Of a DNA stretch of 64,000 nucleotides, positions 1-13,199 are shown piece after piece; position 1 is the first letter of the stretch, and each line of letters begins with the position of its first letter. The position numbers were made by a program, and so were the translations under genes. Under the pieces are notes generated by a model. The model saw only the letters and a list, made by a program, of their open reading frames with translations, ran no database searches and was not told the origin of the DNA. The DNA is from Octopus vulgaris (lineage: Eukaryota). The stretch covers positions 105,152,001 to 105,216,000 of the forward strand of contig OX597820.1 of NCBI GenBank assembly GCA_951406725.2, written 5' to 3'.

Positions 1-335
1 TTTAAATTTCACCTACTGAAGAGTACAAATTCAACCTTTATGATGTTCTCTTTATGGAATTTTTGGTCCTTTTGCCGAAACAATTGTCTGAGAATATGAA
101 ATAAAATCATAATCCATTTTAACATCCAATCTGCTTCATTTCATTTATTTGAAGAAATTTTTTGAACTTCGTTTTAAGACTGATATTGATTATTTCTTCA
201 CATACTTTTCATACCTATATGATTTAAAAGTTCGTAGATAATGTATGATGAAAAGACATTAGAAATCTATGGAAAAAATTCCTATAAAAGGATGAAGACA
301 AATTCAATTCATCCGGATAAATATATAATATATAT

Positions 336-1400
336 ATCAGGCTGAGTAAAATGTGAGCAATGTTTTGAAATATGAAATTCATCACAATATATTTCAACAA
401 TGTGAACATTTTCTTCATCAAAATAAGTACCATTACAATCAACAGATATTTGCCAACGAGTTACAAATTTGGAGTTCTGGAGCTGATGAACTCTTTGAAC
501 GCACTGTCAGTATCAGTTTGATTTTTGAACTCCTTCTCTTGCAGGAAACCATGAAGGTGCTTGAAAAAGTGGTGTCTGTAGGAGAAAGGTCTGGAGAATA
601 AGCTGAGTGGAGAAGAACTTCGTATCCAAGTTCTCTCAGCTTCTGGAGTGTCATTAGTGAAACATGTGGTCAAGCATTGTCATGAAGAATGATTGGCCTC
701 CTTCTGTTGACCAGTCTAGGATGGAGGAGTAGCAGTTTTTCATTTAATTTGGCAATTTCATGGCAATATGTTTCTGCAGTAATGGTTTTTCTGGATTTTA
801 AGAAATTATAATAGATGATTCCAGCAGTACACCACCAAACAGTCACCATAACCTTCTTTTTGAAGAGCTCAGGTTTAGCAAAGGTTTTCAATGCTTCATT
901 CTGGTCCAACCACTGAGAAGAACATTTTTTATTATAGTACAGAATCCACTTTTCATCACAAGTTACAATACGGTTGAGAAATGGATCAGTTTAGTTACGG
1001 AGAAGAAACAACAAGCAAATTTCATGTCTGCGCATTTTCTGATTTTCATTCAAATCATGTGGTACTCATTTATCAAGCTTTTTTGATTTTCCGATTGCAT
1101 GCAAATAATTGCAGGCAGTTTTCTGGCTAATTTGAAGTTCTTTTGCCAGTTCTCGAGAGGTTTTATGAGTATCTTTCTCATAATTGACCGTCATTGATGA
1201 CAGATGGGCATCCACTCCGCTCAGTCTTCAAGGTTCAGGTCTCCACTGCAAAATGGTTTAAACCATTTTCAAGTTGATCACCTACTGGTCCTTTCCTGAC
1301 CAAACGTTTCGTTGATATCACAAGCAGTTTCAGCTGATTTACGTCCTTTTTTTTTAAAGTTGAATAGCAAAATTGCTCGAATATTGCACTTTGACAGTTC
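336..1400 (-). mobile_element. Degenerate mariner (DD34D) transposon, frameshifted transposase
   Basis: Minus-strand frames give FLNRIVTCDEKWILY, KKVMVTVWW, ILHDNA and HSAYSPDLSPTD, the canonical mariner motifs; a TA-flanked end lies near 336. Confidence 0.9.
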
Positions 1401-2439
1401 CATTTCAGATGAGTGTAACAATGGTGAAAAAAAATATCAATGTTAATTTATTGATGCATTTGGGCAAGTCTATGTCTGTATTATCAGACAATTGCAGAGG
1501 GAATTTGGTAGGTACAAACTGAAAGAAGCCTATTGTGTGTGTGTGTGTATTAGCTGTTAACGTCATTGCCATATCAGCGATGCCATTTGCTTCCAATTTT
1601 CCATAGAAACATCCATATTAACTTGCTTGGAAACAGGTGAGGGCATCCAACCATAGAAAATAAATACATGTGCACACACACACACACACACAGTTGTGAC
1701 ATGGGAAACTTTAGTAGTGCTTTTTGCATAAAAATTACAGAGTTAAGTGGAGAATATTACATAATGAGCCCAAAATCTTTTTTAATCAATTAAAAATACT
1801 CTCATTATAAAAAGAAAACTATTAGCATTAATGAAAATTTTTGTCAAGGTAGGTACAAGTGACAAAACCTAAAGATCAAATTGAAAAAAATTGAATGAGT
1901 GCATGTTGTAAGGAGTGATTCTGATTTTTGTAAAATACAAGGATAATTCCAGACATGTTCCCAACTTTTTTCAGACTTTCTTAGTGTATCAGAGTCTGAC
2001 AATTCATTACAAGATCTTAGAATGTCTGAGTGAATATAAAGATATTTTGAGTAAGAAATCATTCCCTAATTAGGCAATTTAACACTTTTGTCAATATATT
2101 TCTATTGGCATACACTGGTTTGTTTCAATTATGAAAATAAAGGAAAATTTAGTAGAATAATTTTTCTGTTATTTTACCTGGGCATTTGGAATATAAACAT
2201 GAAATTTTAATTGAGGGTTTTAATTTAGATCACCTTAAAGCAGGAAGTTCGTATCACTGACCAGTAGGCAGCTTCAATCAAGTTGGTATCCAACAAGTTA
2301 AAATAACATAGCAGATTTCCCTGGGAGGCTTTATGCATGGAGAACCTATAGTTAAGTGGGGAATAATATTCCTATGTTTATATAACAATATAAAATTTTG
2401 AGATGAAAAGGAAAAATGAGTTTTGTTTTTGTTTTGTTT

Positions 2440-3270
2440 TTTCTTGGGGGTTTTGGATAGGAGGAAGGGAATATGCTCATGGCTTTCACAGACTCTTCAA
2501 AACTGACAAAAACAATGCATTTGGTACTCTTGAACAACTGCATGCCAATAACTAAAGGAAAAACACAAGCCAGGAGGGAAGTGTAGAAGGCCAGTGTTCT
2601 GTGGAGGAATGGGCAGAGAGGCGAATGTGGATACTTGGATTAATAGGCACAATGTGGATGATGAGGGGCAAGATGAACCAGTTGGAAAAGAATGACTGGT
2701 GGCAGGACATAACCAAGCCTTGAGACGTAACAAAGTTGGCTACAGTGTGAGCCAGACAGAATTCTATCAGCACACACTGTGATTGTGTAACAATTTGACA
2801 GGAAGATTCCAATCCATATGATGGAGTCAATAGCCAGTTTAGTCAGGAGATTTATTTACCAGAAATAATCAAATATTTTGATGATGTCATCTTTCTCAAG
2901 AGTAAAGGTCCACTGGTGATTAACATACAAAAAAGCTTACTGGACCCCACATTGTAGTCATTGCAGAGAAAAACTGTCCAAAATATTGCAGAAGATACTT
3001 GTTAATAACTAAGTAACCTCTGAGATTTTGGATACTGGCATGGTTGTTTGAAGGTAAATCAAAGGGGCACTGTTAGGGCTGGTGGTCCTGTTGGTTTCAA
3101 GATACCAGAGGTGCTTTTGCATATAGCATGTGTATGGATGCAATGAAATAGACAGAAGTCTTGGTGGAATCTTACCAGTTGATGGCAGGCAGCAAATTTG
3201 GAGGCTTTCGCTGCAGAAGTATGATTTATAGAACCATCACTTGAGAAAGGGATGATAGGAAGATACAACC
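2440..3270 (-). mobile_element. Highly decayed, internally deleted LINE remnant (Jockey/CR1-like)
   Basis: Fragments IIPFSSDGSINHTSAAKASKFA and LPSWLVF..QLFKS resemble LINE ORF2 pieces; A-rich end; a similar 3' fragment lies on the plus strand near 39400-39680. Confidence 0.35.
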
Positions 3271-3500
3271 AAGTTAGAAGGTATTTTAGTAAGGGACCAG
3301 CATATATATATATAGCAATAAGAAAATGGAGGGGATCAAGAGTTGGTATTCATCAACTTATAGACATTACATTATGTCTATTTTTTAAAAAAGACAATTA
3401 TAGCAATATACATACATGTATAACATATGCTTTACATATATAATATTATATATATGTGTGTGTGTGCGTGTGTGTGTGTAAATGAATATATACATACACG

Positions 3501-3622
3501 TGTATACAATGTTGGTTCAAGGTTCTGAATTTAAATCACATCATCATCAGCAGCAGCAGCAGCAGATGTTAAACGATGATGATGTGATTTAAATCCAGAA
3601 CCTTCAACCAACATTGTATACA
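3501..3622. repeat. 48-bp inverted repeat (2 mismatches) around a 26-nt loop
   Basis: Arms 3501-3548 and 3575-3622 are reverse complements; the loop and right-arm start match the RTE 3' tail gcagatgttaaacgatgatgatg. Confidence 0.95.
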
Positions 3623-3681
3623 GCAAGCAATTTTTCTCTGGAATTCAAAATAATTAAGAGCTAATGAGAGAGTTTCTACAT

Positions 3682-3931
3682 GATCCTGTTAGATATAGCA
3701 GCCAAACTCCAACAAATCATAACTTCCATGTTTTTTATTTTTATTTTTTAACCACTAAAATGACAGGATTGCAAAGGCAGTATTACTTTTAGTCAAAAGT
3801 CTGCTCTGTGCTAACCAGCACAGAGCAGAATACTGCCTTTGCAATCCTGTCATTTTAGTGGTTAAAAAATAAAAATAAAAAACATGGAAGTTATGATTTG
3901 TTGGAGTTTGGCTGCTATATCTAACAGGATC
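3682..3931. repeat. Perfect 103-bp inverted repeat with two internal hairpins (Y/T-shaped)
   Basis: Arms 3682-3784 and 3829-3931 are exact reverse complements; spacer = actttt-agtc-aaaagt plus ctgctctgtgct-aacc-agcacagagcag. Confidence 0.97.
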
Positions 3932-4146
3932 TGGAGTGTTAAACAACTATGCCTGTTTATTAAGATAAAGCAAACATCAACCCAATAAGAAGCACTTTTA
4001 CATGGTCACTCCACTTACTATCAATAGCAGACAACTCTCTCATGCCATCCAACTGTGTTCAAAAGATTAAAATTTCTTTTTTTTTTAAAGACACCTTGGA
4101 TAATGAATGGAATCCTGCTATGCTTTTAGTACAGGCACAATGAGTG

Positions 4147-4199
<53 letters not shown>

Positions 4200-4201
<2 letters not shown>

Positions 4202-4370
4202 TGTACCAAGAACTCTAACATTTGATTGGTACTTTATTCTATCGACCCCCAAGAGAAGGAAGGTAAAGTTGACCTCAGCAGGATTTAAACTCAGAACACA
4301 GGGAGTGGAAACAAATACCTCATAGCATGCTTTGTATCCGATGTTCTAACAATCCTGCCAACTCGCCGCC
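4200..4370 (-). mobile_element. tRNA-derived SINE family B copy, next to (GA)n at 4152-4199
   Basis: Reverse complement resembles the family B copies at 34142-34375 and 63756-63960. Confidence 0.7.
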
Positions 4371-4960
4371 CTGAAGTTTTCTTATATATCAAGATAAAAT
4401 ATGACTTGGTCAGAGCTGCAATGTATTTCATCAGAAGTTTGTAGAATAAACGATGACTGACCTTAGCTAAAATAACAGCGATAAACAGAGAACGACTGGT
4501 GAGAATCGACAACTAGGTGGACCCTTGGTAATATGTGTAAAAACCCTGACCTAAGCCAAAGCAACAAAACAACCACTAATGCGGACAGCTAAGCTGGATG
4601 AGGGCCCGGTTGATACACGTAAGAATAAGTATGGCTCAATAAGATAAAACTCACTGAATTCAGAAGACTGTTTTCATTTAGAAGCAGTTTTATTTCACAT
4701 ACGTATATAAATACACACAGATACACCTACCTCTTACGACAGAGAATTGCATTTTCTGTAATAATATGTATTAAATTGCTTGGGGTTTCTTTTTAATAGT
4801 GACAAGGCCTCTTATAATTAGCTGTGACTGAAATCCACTGTACACGGCGCTGAAGATACATATACATGCATATTTATTTATATACATATATAAAGTGTCT
4901 TTCTATAAAATTATGATTCTAAACAAGACATGGTTATTATATCCCACTGTTATAAGTGGC

Positions 4961-5041
<81 letters not shown>

Positions 5042-5606
5042 CAGTGTTTATCATCTCAAGACGAATTAATTGTTGATAAAGTCGAATCAGTTTGATGACA
5101 GTTAAAGGAAGCTGTCAACGAAAGGTCACCATCAACCCATGTCACAACCCCTTTTCTTCTTTCTGTATATATTTATATTTATATGTGTGTGTTTATATAT
5201 ACAATATATTTATATGGTGTTTCTGTAACAAAATTGATGAAAACGAACTTACAAAAGGAAGAGGGTCGACGGCTCGGGGATTTTACGCAGTGACTCGACC
5301 TACTAGAAATAACAGCTAAATCTTTCCCAAATCAGATCCTACGGTCTTAAAGAAAGAATAACACTTAATGTCGCTCAATGTATATTTTTCAAGAGAAAAG
5401 ACGATGTGATCATGGCTGGAACGTCCTTAATGCTGGATCTGTTCAAATCGGAACTAAACAACAAGTAATGAAGGTGTAAATAGGCTATCTCATTAGCTCG
5501 TCATAAATAGCTACCTATTTTTTTTTTACGATGTTGTATACAAGTATCGAATATAATACGTAGTTTATTTACATTAACTTTGATCTGGGGAACGGAAGGA
5601 AAGAAG

Positions 5607-5972
<366 letters not shown>

Positions 5973-6325
5973 TACAATCAATTGTAAACTTTTATATTGG
6001 ACAATGTAAAGCAACTATTCGTTCATTTGTCTGTCTATTTAGCTAGGTAGCTAAGCCAGCTCATCACATGCAAACTTTCATTTAGTTTGTCACACCAAAC
6101 GATGCCAACGATAATGATAAACAAGGTAAAAAAAAAAGATAAAACGTCAACAGGCACAATGTCACAGATGACTGTTTACAATGACCACATCAAAAAATTG
6201 CTAAAGAAAAACAATATGAAAAGCAATAAAATAAATAAACCCACAACAGCAACAACAAAAATCTCCAGGCGTGCTAGCCATTCTATTTATTGATCCTGAC
6301 AGCTATCCCCTTTCTTATGTTTTTG

Positions 6326-6600
6326 TGAGTCATTCCGTACACACGCTGTTTGATTCTCTCTGCTCAAATCAAGCGGATTACGAACCACAACAGAGACCAC
6401 AATGAGATGATAGTGGGGGCTTGAATGGTCAGAAACACATCAATGAATTTCTAGAGTCTAGATGGCAATCCTGACGATGAATGATAACAACGAGTAAGTT
6501 GGAATCTAGTGAAAGAACCAACTTAAAAATCCGACAGCATCCCAGTTTTTTGGTTTGTTTGTTTTTTAGTCAAGAGAAGGCGGATCCTATTAAGGGAATG
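6326..6600. promoter_or_regulatory. Candidate intronic enhancer of vinculin (AP-1/TEAD, RUNX, CArG/TEAD motifs)
   Basis: TGAGTCATTCC 6326-6336, AACCACA 6383 and GACCACA 6395, and CCTATTAAGG 6586-6595 abutting GGAATG, all in non-repetitive CpG-retaining sequence. Confidence 0.4.
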
Positions 6601-7145
6601 GCAGAGGAGAAAGTAATATATACACGAAAATATGCATACATAGTATAGTTTTTACATACACACACATAAATCCATCATCGTTTGTATATAGATGGCCGGT
6701 CATATATAGCTTATATATACGTTCCATAGTTTAGAGAATGGGGGGGGGGAGAAGGTATATATAAAAGTAATTAGATTATCCCAGGTACGATGTTATTTTT
6801 ACATATAAATTTATTCTAACTATTCTTATCATTTGTTTTTGTTTAGTCACAAGTCAACCATGATCGAGCAGACTTACGATTAAAAGTATTCCAGTCATGG
6901 CCGTCCCATCTTTTTAGAGGTACCTAAGATTATAGAGTATCCAATACGTCTTCCATGTATTTTTAAGACGAGTGATTTAAAGATTTTATGGCTATTTCTT
7001 GCACACCAAGCAACCACACGCAGGCTCCCTCATTGGTTTCAAATATCACGAATAAACAACCATTTTAGAATATGAGAAATTCGTAAATTTTACTAAAAAA
7101 AGAGTCATGCCTACACAAGTATCAACGTGTAGAAATATATATTAC

Positions 7146-7199
<54 letters not shown>

Positions 7200-8216
7200 C
7201 CCCACCGCCTCAGACACAACAGCAGACGAGTGTCTGAAGATGTGACATTGAAAAGAGCCTCAGGTGCTGTTCTTTAACATTGGTAAAGTATATACATATT
7301 GAAGCACTTAAATCCATCATACGAATTATATACACATACATACGTATACACAAACAGACGTTCGGGTTACTATTCAAATATCATTATGTTTGTATTTATC
7401 AGGAGCTTGAAAACCAAATGGGTTTTGTTTTTTGTTTTTTTTTTTTATTTTTGCAGCCCAAAAAGTCATCACATTTAGACAGTAGATATTTCAAACATTC
7501 TAAAGTAACTAGTAAGTACTTATAAGCCGAAAACTAAACATATAGGAGAAAGCTAGTCGGTTTGAATGAGATATCAAATCGGGAGTGTATATAATGGTTA
7601 TATTAATAACTTTAAAAAAATATCCTTTAATTTCAGAATTATTCCAAATTACACACTCATATTAAAAGTATATATAGTTTATAACACATCTTCAAATATA
7701 TCGTTTTGTTTAAAATTGATGTCATCATATATAACGAAACCAAATTGATAAAAAGAAATTAGCCAGCGCAAAACTTGCAGATAACTTTTAGAAGAAATTA
7801 AAGTCACAAGGACAGAGCTTTAGTAGAATATTGAAAGTCTAAGGCGAACAAGCCGAAGCTTCGAAGTCACTATCAACATTTTCCTTGTAAAAGTTTAATA
7901 AACATGTACTCTACTAAAAAAAAGTATTGACTAATCGTTCAGTTTCATATGAAAGCGTTTTTATGTATAATTTGACATGAATATATATATATATATATAT
8001 ATATATCTTATACGGTAGTGGGACCAGGAACGAAGGTGTGTACTTGTTATATGCATGTGTGTACTACAATGGGACACATAGTAATTTACACGATAAGCAA
8101 CGTTCCCACAACCGTATTATTGATGTGTAATCAATCTGTCAAAGTAAACGTGATGGGGGAACTCGCAATGCCAACAAGAAAAAATTATCAAGGAAAAAAA
8201 AGTTAGCCAAACTTAC

Positions 8217-8273
8217 CTGCTGAGCTACCGGCTCAAGAATTCCTTCGATGGTCTTTGTATGAAAGACCGGCAT
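8217..8273 (-). CDS. VCL: Vinculin, first coding exon (19 codons); the gene continues leftward beyond the window
   Basis: aaaATG start, translation MPVFHTKTIEGILEPVAQQ matches the conserved vinculin N-terminus (MPVFHT+TIESILEPVAQQ), followed by a perfect CAG|GTAAGT donor at 8216-8211, phase 0; too short for the ORF track. Confidence 0.95.
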
Positions 8274-8810
8274 TTTGGGGAAAGAGAGTTGGAACTACTA
8301 CTCTCCAGTCTTTAAATATATATTTTGTTTATTTTTGTCCAGTTGTGTTTAGCTTGTTTGTTTTTGGTTTATTATTACTTAATGGTTGTAGGATAAACTT
8401 CTAAAGGTAATCTCAGTAATAATTAAAGTCCGATCCGGCTGTGAAAGTGATGCACTGGTACTTTATATTCAGGTAGTTAACTTATTTAAAGAAATAGGTG
8501 TAATTAGAAGTATATAAAAACTCGACTGACCACTTTAATTAAGTGTCAGTAAATGAGAGAGAGAGAGAGTTAGAGGAGACTGAGCAAGAGAAAGACAAGC
8601 AATCTGTTGATTGCTGAACACCCAGCCTCGTTGTGACTGGTCTGCACATAGAGAACAAGGTACTCGTTTTCACACACACATACACACACAGCTGCTGGGT
8701 TAGTCGACCCGAGTGAGAGCGGGGAATGCCTTAGCTAGCTTCGTTTCTGTGTGTGTGTATGTGTAGGCGGTCAGGAAACTTAACAACCACACACAAAAAA
8801 AGAGAGAGTG
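8274..8810 (-). promoter_or_regulatory. Vinculin 5' UTR / proximal promoter region
   Basis: Unique, CpG-retaining sequence upstream of the ATG with short GA/CA tracts and GGAATG near 8723; the TSS is not determinable. Confidence 0.5.
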
Positions 8811-9072
8811 ATGTGACTATTCATATGATGAAGTGAACATTAAAAGTTAAATAGGTCTTCATTTTGTTGATGATAGTTGAAGAATTAAACAACTATCTTG
8901 TTCACCAAATATGTATGTATACACACACACACACACACATATATATATATTTCTTTATTGCCCACAAGGGGCTAAATATAGAGAGGACAAACAGGACAGA
9001 CAAAGGGATTAAGTCGATTACATCGACCCCAGTGAGAAACTGGTATTTAATTTATCGACATATATATATTTG

Positions 9073-9206
9073 CTTACGAACCACATGGTTCCGGGTTCAG
9101 TCCCACCGCGTGGCACCTTGCGCAAGTATCTTCTACTATAGCCTCGGGCCGACCAAAGCCTTGTGAATGGATTTGGTAGACGGAAAGTGAAAGAAGCCCG
9201 TCTTAT

Positions 9207-9242
<36 letters not shown>

Positions 9243-9468
9243 GTAAGTATATATGTGTGTGTGTATATGTTTGTGTGTCTGTGTTTGTCCCCCCAACATC
9301 GCTTGACAACCGATGCTGGTGTGTTTACGTTCGCGTAACTTAGCGGTTCGGCAAATAAGACCGATAGAATAAGCACTAGGCTTACAAAGAATAAGTCCTG
9401 GGGTCGATTTGCTCGACTAAAGGCGGTGCTCCAGCACGGCCACAGTCACATGACTGAAACAAGTAAAA
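9073..9468 (+). mobile_element. tRNA-derived SINE family A (5'-truncated), internal CA/TA tract
   Basis: B-box-like gggttcagtccc, body caccttg.gcaagt, and 3' ggcggtgctccagca..gactgaaacaagtaaaag; repeated at 30987, 33991, 44040 and 55207. Confidence 0.85.
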
Positions 9469-9867
9469 GTGTGTGTATATATATATATATATATACATGT
9501 GTGTGCGCGTATATATGTATGTATATATATATGTAGAACTGTATATATGTATATGTGTATGTATATATATATATTTCTTTACTATCCACAAGAGGCTAAA
9601 CATAGAGGGGACAAACAAGGACAGACAAAGGGATTAAATCGATTACATCGACCCCAGTGCGTAACTGGTACTTAATTTATATATATATAAACATTTATAC
9701 ACACAGATACACACATATATATATATATATATATAGACAAGGCGGCGAGCTGGCAGAAACCTCAGCGGAATTTGAACTCAGAACGTAATTGCAGACGAAA
9801 TACCGCTAAGCATTTCGCCCGGCGCGCTAACGTTTCTGCCAGCTCGCCGCCTTGTCTCTCTCTCTCT

Positions 9868-10450
<583 letters not shown>

Positions 10451-10541
10451 TTATATTTCGGGGCACTCATTTTTTACCAAATAACAACATGCACTATATA
10501 GTCGTTCTTCACTTCAACTTCATTGTTATTATTATTGTGTA

Positions 10542-10730
10542 GCCGTATTTCGTCTGTCGTTACGATCCGAGTTCAAATCCCGCCGAGGTCGACTTTGCCT
10601 TTCATCTTTTCAGGGTCGATAAATTAAATTCCAGTTACGCACTGGGGTCGGTGTAATCGACTTAATCTCTTTGTCTGTCCTTGTTTGTCCCCTCTGTGTT
10701 TTAGCCCCTTGTGGGTGGTAAAGAAATAAA
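10542..10730 (+). mobile_element. SINE family B copy followed by (TTA)n
   Basis: B box gagttcaaatccc and core gccgaggtcgactttgcctttcatc..ggtcgataaa, similar to Meta/MESC-type SINE central domains. Confidence 0.8.
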
Positions 10731-10736
10731 TTATTA

Positions 10737-10785
<49 letters not shown>

Positions 10786-10793
10786 CATTATTA

Positions 10794-10831
<38 letters not shown>

Positions 10832-11238
10832 GTCCTTTGTTTGAAATCTTTGGTGATTAGACACATGCTGTGTGTTTGCGATTATAGAAGAGTTGGTGTA
10901 AATTCAATCGGCCAATTCTATGATACAGGTTCGATTTTCGGTTGAGCAGTTTCACTTAATTTTTTCTTTCTTTTTTTTTTTTTGTCTCTCTTGTGTAAAC
11001 ATAATTTTACCCACTCATCTATATATTTACCCACATCAAATCTTTTGTTTATATGCTATTCAAAGCAACCGACTTTCTATCATCCTTACGGCATGACACC
11101 TCCAGCAAAAGAGGGAACCTCTACTCTGTTGCTCAATGTTTAGAAACAGCAACCAAATCTTTCTCTCTGAAATCACATCCTAGCCCCTCAAAAAATCATT
11201 GGAAGGGTTCACTGAGCACTGCACTTTTTGACATTTAA

Positions 11239-11573
11239 CTGTGGTTGTCAACCAGGGTCTATATGGCCCTTGCAGGTCCATATAAGATTGGAGGGGAGGG
11301 GCACACAATAAAATAGTAAATTGGGGATTCACAATAGTATTTTAAAAGCCCCAGAAAAACTTTTCCTTTAGATTGCAAGAAACAGCTAGGAATTTTTCTC
11401 TAACATTTTACGTGCTCCAGTCTACACAAGTTAAAGAATGAAAAACAAAATAGGAATTTCGAAAGAAGTTTCTTCAAAACTAGTTTTTAAACATTGAATT
11501 ACTATGGGGGTCCACCAAAATAAAATAGTAATTAAAGGGCTCCATAGGTTTAAAAAATGGTTGAGAACCCCTG
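11239..11573. mobile_element. hAT-like MITE
   Basis: Ends ctgtggttgtcaacc and ggttgagaacccctg resemble hAT/Charlie-type TIRs; non-coding. Confidence 0.55.
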
Positions 11574-13199
11574 ATATATAAAAAGATGGTGTGATTACAA
11601 ACGTCTTTGATCATACATTTGCTCTATTATAACAAATCTGAAGTTAAATGGTAATACCTTGAGCCCCCCCCCCCCACCACCACCACCAGCACTTTAATTA
11701 GCTAATTTGGGTTGGAATTCCACCAGTTTTGTGCTGATTACATACACCTAGCAATATGTATTTCGTGTCTGACCCACTCAATACAATGGATGACTGATAT
11801 TATACTTCCATATTTTTTGGAATGTCCTCTCATCACTCAACCAAACCTCAGAACCCACAAAACCAGGCATGAGCAACTATTTTCAAAAAGCCGGCCACTT
11901 GAGACATGGCTCATCATCAGGTAGGCTGCACTACTAAAATGATTCAAGGTAATTTTTCATTTACATATCTCATTCAGAAAGTCCCACAGGCTGCAATTTT
12001 CCTATGACTACCCTAAATTCTCAAGTGGAAGCAAGTGTAGTTATATTCAATGTCTAATGAATTATCATTCCAAGAAGTTGCTCTGGTGACAATTCTTCAG
12101 ATGACATGAAGTGATGAATCTTCAGGTGGTAACTCAACCACAACTATGACTACCCACTTGACACTGCCACCACAAGCACCAGTATCATCATTATCTCTGC
12201 CACCAACATTGGCACAACTAGCACCACCACAAACCACTACCCCCAACACTGCCAATGTACCACAAATACAACAACCACCAATCAAGGAAACTCCATTGTA
12301 CTTACCTGGTCTACTAGAAAGTGTGAACAAATCTCAACATACTATCTTAAATAAGAATATACTGAGGTATGGTCACTGATACAGGAAATGAGATAGTTAC
12401 AGCTACAATGTTTTTCATCATAGATCATAGCACTCCTTGATCAGAGCTGACCTGGGGCTAAAAAACAGTAAAAGTTGTAATCTCCTACACTAGTTGGTCA
12501 TTTTGCTTCCAATTCAACAAAGCACACACACAACCACACTCCATGTGAACTCTCTTCGAGTCTGTTTCACAACCACATCCACACAGTTTGAAGGCAACTG
12601 ATCCCAGAGGTGTCTTTCCCCCCATCACCTAATAAACAGAAAGTAAATTATCAACTCTTTTGATACCAACCCACCCATGAACAACCTTGTTCTATGATTT
12701 AAAATCCCTGTTTTAAAGTAATCTAAATTAAAATCTTCCATCAAAATTTCATGTTAATGTATGTTCTAAACCCCACTTAATAACGAAAAGTTATTTTACT
12801 AAATTCTCTATTATTTTTTTAATTAATTGAAACAAATGCAATGTATTTCAACAGAAATGTGGTAAGAAAAAGGCTAAAGTTTCATAAGTTGGTAGTTTGA
12901 ATCCAATGGAGGTGTTTTGCTGAATTTCTGGACAGGCTATAAAATTCTGCTTTGCTTAAGTCCATTTTTTATCTAGCAATCTACAATACATACCGGACTT
13001 ATATGGGGGAGCTACCTGTGATAGACATCCAATCCAAGGGGAGATCTTAAGACTAAGTAAAGAAGCTTTCTCCATTGGTTCTAAAATTGGAGATAGAGGG
13101 TGAAAAGATCAACTTCAAATAACTTAAAAACACAAAAGATTTCAGATATATAAGGGATAGAAAATGAGGATATTAGATTGTGATGTTCATGCCCTGAGA

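Noticed and set aside
3682-3931. Endogenous parvovirus terminus
   Set aside because: The shape fits, but there is no Rep/capsid remnant nearby and the arm resembles a host repeat; kept only as a structural finding
11712-12379. Pro/Thr-rich 77-aa ORF and a minus-strand GTAAGT donor near 12305
   Set aside because: No recognisable domain; possibly a decayed LTR-retrotransposon integrase tail, but too weak to call
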